A stretch of DNA of 64,000 nucleotides, taken from Callorhinchus milii. Its lineage: Eukaryota. Numbering within the stretch: the stretch's first letter is position 1; the number at the start of each line of letters is the position of its first letter. Where the stretch lies: assembly GCF_018977255.1 (NCBI RefSeq), contig NW_024704743.1:46874001-46938000 (forward strand), written 5' to 3'. The translations under genes and the position numbers were made by a program. Positions 11,905 through 24,699 of the stretch are shown piece after piece. The notes under the pieces are model-generated. The model was given only the letters and a program-made list of their open reading frames with translations. It was not told the origin of the DNA and did not search any database.

Positions 11905-14900
11905 TAGTCTCAGCATTGGGGCAAATTCAGTTCAGGCATCATCAATAACACAGAGCATGCCCGAGAACAAGCTATTCTTCTAAAGCCATACAAAATCTAT
12001 TCAATTCTATTTCCTAATTGGGAGTTGTTAGCTTTATCATAGATACTCCAAATCCCTATTCTTTGATCAGCTGGATGTCTGACACATGTGAAAACTTATC
12101 ACTGTGCTTTACTGTATCCAAATTAGACTGCATTCCACATATGTATGCTACCTACACATGGAAATTTCCCTGTGTCTGGAATGGAATGTGCACTCTCTCC
12201 ATGGAGGGATGCATGCTGCTTACCTAATTCCCTGAAGTATTAGGCATAGGTTGGCAGGAGCCAAGTCTTGGGGACCCCAGAGTGTGCGATGAGGTACTAC
12301 TGGAGTCTAAACATATAAAACTACAAATTTTGCCATTGAGATCACTCCCTGGTTAAAGGAAATCAGGAACAGAAGGAGTCAATTCAGACAAAACTTTTAT
12401 TTCCAATGCCACATCCTTTTTCCACACACCTTAATAGCTCTACTATTCAGGTTTCTGTCTATCTCTCACTTAAACTTCCCCAATCATTTTACCTCTACAG
12501 CTTTCTTGGGCACAGCATTCCACATCTTCACAACCTTCTTTGTGAAGAAAAGCCTCCTGACCTCAGTTCTAACTATCTCAGATCTGACTTTAAGTCTTCG
12601 CTCCCTCGTAATAGATGCCCCTACCAAAGGGAAGAGTCATCCACTATCTAACCCACAGCCTTGTGTGTGTTTGTGGTACTCTGTTGGAGCAAATAGCTGT
12701 CGTATTTGTTCCAAAGACAATCATTACACTTGACAGTGATGACTGGTGAAATTCTGTGTTAAGTGCCACAAAAATGCTAACTCTTTCTTTTAAAACCCAC
12801 CTGATGCCATCGCCAAACCACTTCTAATCTTCTCTGCTATTCTTTTCAATCTTGTTCAACAGCTGAATTATTCATCACGTGTAGCAAATAAATCTTGCCA
12901 CTGACATAAAGGGCTCTTGTTCAATACTGAATGTAATATGAACCCACAACTTGATGGCATCTAGCAACGTGGATCTCGGTCCTTCACCTAGCTTCACCTT
13001 ATTATAAAAATAGTTAAATTATGACTTTAAGAAAAACATTTTCAGCATTTGCAATATTTCTTTTTTCCTTTATGGGAACATATGCGAGGGGCAAAGGCTA
13101 TTACTGCAGTGTGTCATCAAGGTTGAAAAGGATAGCAAAGAATATGAGTTATGTCAAGTAATTCAGGCCAATATCCTTCTGTTACAAGTTGTGCAAAAAT
13201 CTTCTAAAGCTGCATGATACAACCATGCGGGATTGTGGAAATAAAGGATAGGGATTGTACAGGAATACGTGTAAGGTAGCTGGTTATTATCCTGCTGCTT
13301 CTGTAAATAATAGTAATAATAATAACCCTTGCATTTGATATAGCACCTTATCATGTCATCAAAATGCTTCACAGGATTGAGTAAAGTGGATTGACTGTGT
13401 ATTTTGTGGGCGAAACGCGGCAGCTAGTTTTGTACACAGCAATGTCCCACAAGCAACCATGGAATGAGTGACCAATTTTATTTAGGGGATTGTTGGCCAG
13501 GATAAAATTAAACTTAAAAAAACTTTTGTATTAATTAATAATATTGTTTCAATATAAAAGTATTTCTTTGCTTCATGTGCACCCACCCAAAGTAGATTCA
13601 GCAGGAAGATTGAAATCAATATGTATTGACTGACGGACCACAGGTACCAAGATCCCAGCTCACTCCAAATCCGAAACTATCAAATGAATTATTAATCATC
13701 TGTGGCAAATAAATCATGTTGCTGGCACAAACCACTTAGTTCAACTAGGAATGTTATGTGAACACACAACGATGATCTCAAAAATGAACAGCGTGTGACT
13801 GAAATGTGTTCACATAGCCCGAAAGCAACTTTAAAAAAATGTTTATTGTTATTTCTGCAGTTCCTCCTTTAAGCTAGACAAAGAACATTTTTTTGACTGT
13901 TACATTTGTGATAAATAAACGTGCTTGTGGGTAAGTAAGAAATGTTTCAGTCATACAACTGCTTCTTTTGTGGACTCCAGCAAACATACATTTCTTTTGT
14001 GTATTTTTTGGTATAATCCATTGAATTAACTAGCAGATGTTCCTGGACAGAGGTGACAGAGGTGAACAGTCTGACATATAGCAAAAACAATGATATTGTT
14101 AAAGGTCCTTTGGTATTGATGTGAATTCAGATATTCCACAGACGTTCTTAATTTGTGACTGTTTTCAGGAATCACTTTGGCTCATGGGGCCATTTAATGT
14201 TTTGAGACATTCTCCGGATATGAAAGGAACAATCTAAATGTAAATTATATTGTTTTGTAAATTGACCATTTTGCAAACACCACAAATTAAACCCAACTGA
14301 GTCCAACAGCTGAACATTGTTAATTCTGTAACTCTTTACGTGTTGAGACAATACATTACAGATTTTGAGTGCTCAGAATCCACCATTTGAACAAAATTAT
14401 GGGGAATGGGTAGCACAATAGGTTAGATTTGAGACTTGGGAATGAATCTAGCCCAGACTACAAGAGGAAATTAGACAACTGTTGGGTAAATGGATTGAGA
14501 GGCATATGAAACGAGGCACAACTTTGTTGCACAATACGGCTGGCCACATCACAAGATTACTCTGGACGAAGAAGGCCCTTTGGCCATTTTATTTAATCCC
14601 TCCAGATCACTCACTGGTGGAACCATCGCTCAATGGGAAGGGATGTGTGCCCAAGCGGTGGATAAGAAGATGGTGGCAATGTCATCACACATTTCATGAT
14701 GAGCTGTGTTACCCACCGGGAAGCTCGCAAGTTGTTCCTGGTACCTACCATCCACTTAGTGAGAGCTCAAACCTGTGCTTGTCAGATATTGACTATCCTC
14801 CTTGCGGGGGAGGTAAGCGGGGACTCCTTGAAGCTGAACTGGCTCCAAGGTGACATATTTGGCAACAGAATATCGGAACCAAGCCAGCCCTCTGTGGCGG

Positions 14901-16192
14901 TGTCGGTAGTCCGTTTTTTGAGCCAGATGAATCCATAGCTCCAGAGCATGCTAATGACAGCACAGCCAACCTGGCTCATCGGCAGGACCTGGAAGGGCAA
15001 ACCAGTCACTGGGAGCAGGGAATCCTGAACTCCTGTAAACTCTGCAAACTAAAGCCTTAACGGGTAGGGTGGTCCTAACTGGACAAGTTCAGGTGTACAG
15101 CCTTCTTGATACTAACACTGAGCATATAAAAGGAAACACCAGGCACAGAACTGCTGCTCAACACATAATGAACACGCATTTCAGCCCCCCCAAATTGTAC
15201 AGAAATAAAATTAAATTTAGACTTTTTTTAAATCAGGAATACAAACAAATACATATTATTGAAACTTAAGTCTAACAAAATAAAAGGCTCAGTTTGGGTA
15301 TCCACCAGTTAATCAACCATTTTCTCTCTCTTAAAGCACTATTTTAATACTATTCCAATACACTAATCTGCACACAGCCAGATTTATAATGGAGCAATGT
15401 GGTGTGGACAGTACACTGAAGCAAACTTGGTAATAGCCTTCTGAACCTGCATCACACTGGCAAGAAAACTCTATCTTGCCAAGGCGAGTTATTACATTAC
15501 GGATTGCAGCTGTAAAAATTGGCCTTGAAATGCTGGGGCAGACTGACTACATTTCATGAGTTAGCACAACACAAAATGTACTTTTTGACATGTTGGACTG
15601 TATTTAAATGAGACCATCTGCTTGATGTAGTATAACTTTGATGTATTCTAATATTGTTTTCTATTCATATGGATTTTTTTTTCTCTCTGTGTACCATTCC
15701 CGACCAAGGGTCCCAGGTGCCACATTTGAACTACAGTCTGTACTGAGTTGGCTGCTCTCAGCCATGGAACCAGTTGGAGTACTACAATTGACCATAATGC
15801 TTACAATAAAGATGGGAAAAATCAGCCACACTTCCCACTTTTGATCACTATCCGAAGACTTCTATTGAACGTTCAGATGTTGGATGAAGGCGGAATCCAA
15901 CTCAGCTACAATGTTTCTTCACCTGACTGCAACTAAATAGCCTGCTGAAACTCACTGTCAAAGATCACACATTGATAATATATCATCTGATACCAAAGAA
16001 CAACCGTGAATCATATGCAAGTAAAAGGTAGAAGGAGTCAAACTTGTTCAAGAGCATTGGGAAGAAGAACAAACTGGCAGAGCAAGAAAAAGCTTGTGTT
16101 AAGGTCAATGACACCATTTCCTGATGTGTAATAAGCCAACATTAAAAGGCTTCAAGCTTGTTACGAGAACCTGTCGAAAACAACCTACTCAC

Positions 16193-16249
16193 CGAAGATG
16201 GAATTGGTGGTGGTGGAGGAGGCGGTGGTGGTGGTGGTGGTGGTGGCAT
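16193..16249 (-). CDS. WIPF3: WIPF3 coding exon 1 (M-polyPro-IPSS); exon including 5'UTR spans 16193-16301
   Basis: ATG at 16249 followed by a poly-Pro run typical of WIP N-termini. GTGAGT donor at 16192; pyrimidine tract plus CAG acceptor at 16304-16302. 57 nt, phase 0, matching the next exon. Confidence 0.85.
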
Positions 16250-16439
16250 ACTTTTACCATGAGCGTGTTCTCCAATATAATTGATGATGCTTTATCTAAA
16301 CCTGAAAGACAAGGAAGAGTGTTATTTTTTGTGGTGTGCACTAATCAAACTTTTCTGTAATCATTTTTATTTTATATTCTTTACTTCCCTGATCTGTTGA
16401 TCTCCCGCACACCTTGCTCCCAGCACAGTAAAGTGCTTT

Positions 16440-17155
16440 ACAACAACAACAACAAGATTCCATTTATAGAGCGCCTTTCACGTCGGGAGGAATTCCCAAG
16501 CCGCTTTAAGGCTTCTGTCACGCTGAATTCAACTGATAAGGGAAGTGGAAGGATGACTGACACTTGGCTCACTCTCCTTCCTTCCTTCTTTCTCTGTGGG
16601 GGACATGCACCACCTTAACTCAAATCTCTCCCCCGTCCCCCACCGTGGCAAAGATAAGATTGGGAGCTTGGTGTCTGCGGGACTGTTACAAAAACAATAC
16701 AAAATTACATTTGTGGCGCCTTTCACATCGGGAGGATGTCTCAAGGTGCTGGACGGGGGGGGGTTGAGGGTGGAAGCCAGGGAAGGTAGGAGAATGGCTG
16801 AAGTCACGCTCGAAGAGGAGGTTTTGAGACATATCTTGAAGGAGGCGGGCGACGCGGAGTAGGTCGGAGCCTGCTGAGTGGAGGGAGCGGACAAGTTACT
16901 AAGGGGTTAGCAGGTCACAGAGGTAGGAAGGGACAAGGCCGTGGAGGGCCTTGAAGATGAGGATGAGGATTTTGAACTCAATCCTCTGGGGGATGGGGAG
17001 CCAGTGGAGCCAAGCGAGGGTGGGGGTGATGGGATCATGGAGCTTGGTGCGGGAGAGGACATGAGCTGCAGAGTTCTGGATGATCTGCAGCTTGCGGATG
17101 GAAGAGTTGGGAAGGCCGACAAGCAGGGAGTTGGTGTAGTCGAGCCTAGACTGTT
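16440..17155 (-). mobile_element. L2 3' fragments (tails at about 16440 and 16695)
   Basis: [14 protein letters not shown]...[15 protein letters not shown], the ORF2 C-terminus, with L2 tails. Confidence 0.9.
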
Positions 17156-17737
17156 GGCCCAAATTCACATTCCATCACGCTTTCACTTTGGACCATTGCA
17201 GTAGATCTGGGCTGTGTTACAAAGTAACGGAATGATATTTTGAGTCCAGATGAAATTCAGTTAGTGAGCCGAGAATGTAAAATGTCATTAGGACAAAAAT
17301 GCAATAATATTACTCCTTACATTCGGTATAGCTCATTTCGTGTCAGGAAGACACCGCCAGTGGTTCACAGGATATAATGTAAAGTGGAGTGACTATGTAT
17401 TTTGTCAGCAAATGCAGCAAACTAATTTGAGCACAGCAATGTGCCACAAACAGCCATGAAGTGAGTTACCAATTTTATTTGGGGGATTGTTAGCCAGGAG
17501 ACTGAGAGAAACTCCCTTCTCTTTTCAAATAGTGCCATGGGATCTTTATCATCCACTTGAACAGGCAGATGGAGTCTCGATTTAATGTCTCATCCAACAA
17601 TACAGCATACCCTCAGCACTGCATTGGAGTGTCATCTTAGATTATGAGTTCCAAGACCCAAAGTTTTGTTGAAGATTCAAAACTACATTGAAGCGGTTAT
17701 GAAATGTCACATTTTTCACCCCATTTAACAAGAAAAT

Positions 17738-18046
17738 GGAGCCCTGTAGCTCAGTAGTCAGAGCACTCGACTCGCAAGTGAGAGAGCTGGGTTCGATGCC
17801 CAGCAAGGTGAAATGTTGGGCAAGTCTCCTTGCTCCGCACTCCTCTGTTTACCTAGCAGTAAGTAGGAACCCAGTTGTTAGTCGATTGACAGATCATTTG
17901 TATGGGGTTAATAATTCCTTAAAAAAAACAATAAATTGGTCACTCAATCCATAACTCTGTGGGACACTGTTGTGCACAATTGAGGTGTCTTGAAGATGTG
18001 ATAAGGTGCTATATCAAATGCAAGGATTATTAATATTATCATTATT
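17738..18046 (+). mobile_element. tRNA-derived Deu-domain SINE (long variant)
   Basis: tRNA-like head with A and B boxes, GGGACACTGTTGTGCACAATT Deu-like core, AAATGCAAGGATTATT tail. Confidence 0.85.
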
Positions 18047-21000
18047 TAGGCCACCAGATTTATTGCTTCCAAATTCTATGCAAAATATCCCCTGGAGTGG
18101 TCTCCCCACACACTCGATCTCCTTGGGAAAAGTATGAAAATCTCCATGCATATATGGAATTCTGATTTGCTTTGGATACACTTAATCCCATGGTTTCTGC
18201 GTGTGTTATACCAAAAAAAAGATCCTTTATTAAAGTTAACACAGATACTCGCTGATGCCCAAGACAACCATAGAAGTAGTCAAGAAAAAATCTCCTTTCC
18301 CACTAATCAACTCCACTGCACTGCTCTTCCCCACGGGCAACATTTCTCCCTGTGTTTTCCAGCCCCCAGAAACAAAGGAGTCACTGAGTTCCATGATCTG
18401 GAAACATTCCCACAAGGAGTTAAGAGAAAAACAGCAATTCTTCCAGGAAAATCTCACGCACCTCTTTAGTGACTACAGTAATTACAAAACAGAGGTCCGA
18501 GTGAAGCTTGCCTGCTCTACCATTCTGCAGGAGGCCAAAGAGAGTAGAAAATTACAAACAAACCTATCCTTACACCCAAATTCCCCAAAACCTATGTTAA
18601 TGAAAGGTCCTGAATTAGTAAATTGATCATTTCAGATTGGTGGTTGTTTAACTGAAGATAAACAACGTACAAAAACTAAATCATTCATAATCAGGACTGT
18701 AGAGTGACAAAGACCCCTAATTGCCATTAACATGTTGTACTTCCACTGTTCCCATCACTGCTCCTTCAGATACTTAGTTCAGTTAAATCTCCATGAAATA
18801 TTAAAACAATTAAAATTACTTTTGAAGCCTGCTTATGCCTGTAAACCAACAACGGAAAGTGCAGCTTTATTAACAGCAGACGTCTAATGAACGGGAGTTC
18901 TGAAAGGAGCTGTTGTTTTCGAGTGAGATTCGAGACATGTGCCAGGAAGGATAGGCACAGCAGAGGGACAGCTGCTTTCTGACAGTCATGTATTCGCTCT
19001 TTCCACTCATACACCTGCTTTAATTTAACAATTGTTTGTGGCAACGGCCACATTTAACATATCATTACACATTTATCATATCACTTTCTCATTACACGAT
19101 CCATTTAAAACTGCTGGAGCTGTTTTCAGTAAAGGGTATTGCTTGGAAGATATTTCACTATGTTGCCAGCAGTAGTCACTGCAGGACAGCGAGGAACAGG
19201 AACTGTGGCTGAGGTTTTCTCCTGTGTTTCAAGGTTACTTGTTATCAGTCAAAAAGAAGCTACCTGGCAGGAACTACTTGTTGCAATTTTGGGCAGTCTG
19301 CCTTCAAAAGGCAACTTCTAGTGGAATGGGTTTGGGGAACATTGACAAATACTGTATGATTCTTATTCAGCAACTCTGCTCTTATTTTCACCACAGAAAC
19401 GAGGATCAACAATGATCCAATCCTGAAATTCCTCAGAAGCATAGAGGATGCAGAGGTAAGGGGAAGCTGTTTGACATGGCCCATGAGTGCAGAATTAGAA
19501 GGCATGGGTTTAAAATGAACACATCTCAAGCAAGACCCCCCCTGTATGGAGATAATGTACCTAGTATCCTCGCTACCCCCAGATAAGTGGATATGAGCAA
19601 TGAGCTCCCAACAGAAGCTACTTAATTACTTGGGGGGAAAAAATGGATAAAGAAAGATTGGCTTGGGGAGCAGCATTGGAAGCTATAAGAATATAAGCAG
19701 GTGGGGTTGAAAATATACTATAAAGGTCATAATGGGTTCAGTGCTGCTTGAATCAGGTCATGCATACAGAGGAAAGAAGGACAAGGTGCAATAGAGAAAA
19801 ATGTGGGTTTGGTTGAATAGTCTGGAGCAGTGGTGGCTTACCTGTTGCCCGTGGGCCAGAAGTGGCCAGTGGAGCTGTCAAGAAGCCCCCCAACCCCCAA
19901 AACATTTGCCCGAGTACAGGTAAGTCCGTATTCAATCGGTAATGTATTTTCAGTTTTTTTCTTGATAGAATATTTCTTGATTATGGACATTGATTAACTC
20001 ACATCCTGTTTCAGAAAGCAGTGAGGAACATGAGCAGTATTGCCAGAAATCTGATCAGATCAGTAACAAATAGTGTTTGCCAAAAAATTGCTGGCAGCCA
20101 AGAGGAGCCAGCAGGAAAACACTGAGGAAAATAATGAGTTCATGGGAAACTTGATGGAGCAACTACAGCTGAATGACTTTCACAAGTGGCCAGCCTTGGG
20201 TGCAGGCAGCTGCGAGAGGCTTTGGTTCCTCAATGCCTACATCAGTTGTTTACCGGCTCATATTAAGCAGTGGATTTCATGGTCATCAGATTTCATTGCA
20301 TTCCACAGATTCCTGTTTAGTTCTACCCACTTTATTTTCCCCTTGCCATTCTAGCAACATTGTTATCTAACATTTCCTGGAAAACAATCCACGTGACTGG
20401 GCAGTGAACACATTGGATCTTCAGTAAGATATTAGGTATCACACCTAGTAACTATTCAAAAAAGAACCAATTTGCTCTCTCCCCAGTTTCAAAGCTTTAT
20501 ATTCCGCTTTTGATTTTTCACATACTCACACATTTCCATATCTCAAACAAACAGCAGGATCACGAGTCCCCAAACGTCACTAATAATAAAAATAAGGAAC
20601 AATTCTTGCATTTGATATAGCTCCTTATCACAGCGTCGACATATCTCAAAGTGTTTCACAGGATTTACTGTAAAGTGTAGTCACTGTATTTGTAGAACAG
20701 CCAATTTGCAACCAGCAATGTCTCACAAACAGCTATGAAGTGAATGACTAATTTTCTGTGGAGAAAATGTTGACCAGGACACCGGGAAAAACTCCCTTCT
20801 CTTTTCGAATAGTGCCATAAGATCTTTAACATCCACCTGAACAGGCAAATGGGACTTCGGTTTAATGTCTCATCCAAAGGACGGGAAGTTAGGAAGATCC
20901 AGATATAAGATAGTCACAAGAGTGAAAGGAGAGCTTATGGATTTTTTTCCATTCTGATTTTCTGAGGTGTGGAATGCCCTGCCAATAAAGTGTTATGAGA

Positions 21001-21479
21001 ATACGGCGATGCAGTGGGATTGAGTGAACAGCTTGTTCTGAGAACCAACTCAATGTGCACGTGCAGACTCGATGGGTTGAATGGTCTTCTTCTGTGCTGT
21101 AAAATTTCTATGATTCTTGGATAACGTCTAAAATGGGGCCAGATGTGGAGCAAGGAAGAGGTGAACTCTTCATATATCCCTGGCTACTTTCAAAACTCCT
21201 AATCGCTCCATCTCCCAACCTGTACAGGCTCCAACTCCATCTCTGTGAAGATTCTTCAAGGTGTTTTTCTACGTGACAGGCACCTTATAAATGCATGTTG
21301 TTTGTTCATTTAAACTTACTGAAACGGCACAGAAATTAACTTCATCAATCGTCACTCTAAAAGAACAATAGGCCAGAATTGAAAATATTTCCAAGAATAA
21401 AGCTAAATTGATGAAGCTTATTTATTGCTATTATTCTTACAGTCATGGTAGCTAGACTTAGATGGTATCAATCCTTAGT

Positions 21480-21782
21480 GGAGTCCTGTAGCTCAGTGGT
21501 TAGAGCACTCGCCTCGCAAGCGAGAGACCTGGGTTTGATTCCTGGCAGGATGAAACCTTGGGCAAGTTTCCTTACTCCACATGCCTGATAATAATCCCTC
21601 AAGAAAAAAAATGAAATAATAATTTGGTCACTCAATCCACGACTATTTGTGGGACACTGCTGTGCGCAATTGGTGCCGCGTTTCATCCACGAATATACAG
21701 TTATATATTCTGTGAAGTGCTTTTGAGACATCTACAAGCCATAAAAAGCACTATATCAAATACAAGGATTATTATTATTATA
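21480..21782 (+). mobile_element. tRNA-derived Deu-domain SINE, full length
   Basis: GGAGTCCTGTAGCTCAGTGGTTAGAGCACTCG head and (ATT)n tail. Confidence 0.9.
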
Positions 21783-22539
21783 AATATTCTGTCTGTCTTT
21801 AGCCTAGAGAGGAGATATCAATGTGTCAGGAAACTTGATACCGTATCTAATTTTCAGTGTTTGCAATAACATTAACACCACCACTGGAGGTGTTGATGTA
21901 AGGTAAACAGGACTTAAAGTACTATTAAAAGGGGCAGTTTTCTCCACATCTCCAGAGGCAAAAGAGTCAGAGACATTGGAAAATCTCTCCTTCCCATGAA
22001 ACACACCTTCATTTCTTTATCAGGCCAGGAATGTTCATGAGATAAGACATTTGATTTTTCACATCACTGACTTGTATAGGGGTCCGCCCTGCTGTATAAA
22101 TAGGGCAAAATCCACAGCACAGCTAATCAGGATACTGCTGGGCAGTTTCTTGTCGAAGCAGCTTTGCTACATAATGGCAACATAAAACTCATGCAAATAG
22201 TTGATGGGAAATCATTAATTTTCTAGAATAGGAAACCTGGTCAAAATGGCCACTAATGTAAATACAAAATGCAAATCTAACGGCAACATGCTTTTTTTTT
22301 GGAATTGTAAACACAAGCGAATCGCAACAGGAGATCGTTCCTCAAGGCGCATATCACAAGGAGTAACTGATAAGAACAGATATTACACTTGATCTTAAAC
22401 AAAAGGAAGAGCAGCTATCTTTGGTCTATACAAGCACTCAGTCACTTTCTCACCTCAGGAAGTCTTCCTGACCTGAGACATGCTATACAAATTTGTTGTT
22501 GTTGTTGTTCTCACCTTCACAGATTTGCAGCAGTAGAAA

Positions 22540-23140
22540 CAAGAACAATTATATATTTGAATACCCCCTTCCATATTGGGAAGATGTTGAAAGCATTTCA
22601 CAGATATGTCTGTGACCCTGAGCTGGGGTTGGAGGGGCTGAGGAAAAGGATGGTGGGGGAAATGACCAAAGGGACAGTCAAAAAGAAAGGTATTAATTCA
22701 GGCTTTAAAGGGAAGGAAGGATGGGCGAGGACGGAGTTCCAGAGTGCGGGGGCAGAATAGCCGAAAGCGTGCCCACCATAAATGGGGCAGGTGAGGACAT
22801 AAAGCAGGCCAGTGATGGGGGTGGTAAAAAAACAGGTGACTAGGCAGGGGCTGGAGGAGAAACAATTTGAGGAGATGAAGTGAAGGCGGTATGTTAGGTA
22901 GGACTCCAACCAGGATAGTGCGGTCCCACTGAGGTAGATGAGGGAGGAGATGCGGTGGAGAAGGATGGTGTGGTCGACGTGTCGAACACAGCGGAGGTCC
23001 AGGAGGATGAGGAGGCAGAGGGAGCCCTGGTCACAGAGAGAGAGAGAGTGACATTGTTTATGACTTTGACAAGCGCTGTCTCTGTGCTACGGGCAGGGCA
23101 GAAACCAGACTAGGAGGGGCTCAAGAAGGAAGTGGAATTA
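22540..23140 (-). mobile_element. Internally deleted L2 fragments
   Basis: GGHAF...APALWNS C-terminal part plus an RT-region segment homologous to 6640-6840. Confidence 0.75.
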
Positions 23141-23656
23141 GGATACTTTAAGCATAGTCAACTTATTTTTAAAAGCAATCACTGGGTCTGGAGAAACCTT
23201 AGTGTGTGCTTTCAGGTTAGTGTAAAATCAATTCACGTTTAAGTCGTTCAAATGATTGGCAACTGTTGTAATAAGAGTACATTCAGTGGCTGCACACAGC
23301 AGTTGTTCCTCAGTTTGTTGCTGATTTGGTTGTTTTGCCATGTCATGCGTGGATAGCAAGGAAATGTGAAACATTTAATCTGTACAGTACGGTGACGACA
23401 CAGGGATAAAAAAAAGAGTTCAGGAACAAGAACAGCAATGCAAATAGATAGTTAATGAATAAGCCTGTTTCACCATCCTTAACCCTACTAAATATCAACT
23501 GGTACGACAAATTCTCATTAACGCTCATGAATTTGATGTACTGTTAATAGTGTTTTCCTTAAGCATTGATTATTTTCTGATGATTTAATCAGAACTAGCA
23601 GAGAGAAGTTACTGGGCCTAACAATGTTTTACAAATGAACTATGATCAGGTGTCAC

Positions 23657-23960
23657 CCTGGCTCAGTTGGTAGTACACGCACTTCTGAATCAAAAGGTTG
23701 TGGGTTCAAGAGCTTGTCAGGGGTGGTGTTCTTTGAATGAGATGTTAAACTGAACTTTAACCTAGGGAGTTACTCCTGTTGTCCTGGGCAACAATCCCCA
23801 AGATTAAAAATTGGTCATTCACTTCATGGTTGTTTGTGGGAATTGGCTATTGTTTTTCCTACAAATACAATTTTTTTTACATTTTACAGAAAACTATGTG
23901 AATCATTTTGAGACATTTGGATGTGATAAGGTGCTACATCAAATGCAAATTGTTATTATG
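23657..23960 (+). mobile_element. Old tRNA/Deu SINE
   Basis: TGGCTCAGTTGG...GGTTCAAG head and AAATGCAAATTGTTATT tail. Confidence 0.65.
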
Positions 23961-24034
23961 AGAGAGAGATTCCATTTCTCTGTCCAGTGTGTTTAACCCA
24001 GGAGTTTTGATTTCAATACTCTACATTAATTTCA

Positions 24035-24440
24035 ACAACTTGCATTTTTATAGCTCCCTTCACGCGGGTAGATCTTGGAGCGCTTAACAGTAGCAGCGCC
24101 TGATGCCGAGCTGGGCAGAGAGGGGAGGCACAGTCAAAAAGGATGGTCTTCAGATGTGATCTGAAGATGGGCAAGTGTGGGTGGTGGGGCAGAGGAATTA
24201 AGACAGAGTTTCAGAGCATAGTGGCTGAAACTACGGTCCCCAATGGTGGAACGGAGGAGACCAGGGACATGTAGAAGGCCAGAGACAGTTGAGTGAAGGG
24301 GGTAGGTAGGTGTGTGTAAGCAGATCGGAGTGGTAGGCTGGTGCGAGGGAATGAATTCATTTGTAATTAAGTGTGAGGATCTTGAAATTGATCCATTCTG
24401 CAATGGTGACCCACTGGAGCCTAGCAAAGACTGGGTAATG
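24035..24440 (-). mobile_element. L2 3' fragment
   Basis: STIGDRSFSHYA motif and L2 tail. Confidence 0.75.
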
Positions 24441-24699
24441 CAACCTCGCTCCAACTTAGTCCCATTTGATTAAACACATCCGCAGCTGCTGTGAAGCAAC
24501 AAAGAAACAAAATGATGCTGGTAACAATTCTTTGTAGTTTGTTACAGAAGAAGTACTGACAGACACTGACTGTTTCAGTTCTATGCAAGATCATCTAGTG
24601 ATGTACCGACAGTTACAATTTAATTATAAAAGTATCTGTTTTCTTTAACATCGCTGGCCTCTGCCTCTGCCACTACCTCCTTCCCTCCCCTCCCTCTCC

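Noticed and set aside
14480..15070. Moderately GC-rich intronic segment with several short ORFs
   Set aside because: No recognisable protein motif or convincing splice pair, and the WIPF3 frame is complete without it.
18134..18626. Overlapping 111-123 aa ORFs
   Set aside because: No recognisable homology or exon signals; compatible with chance.
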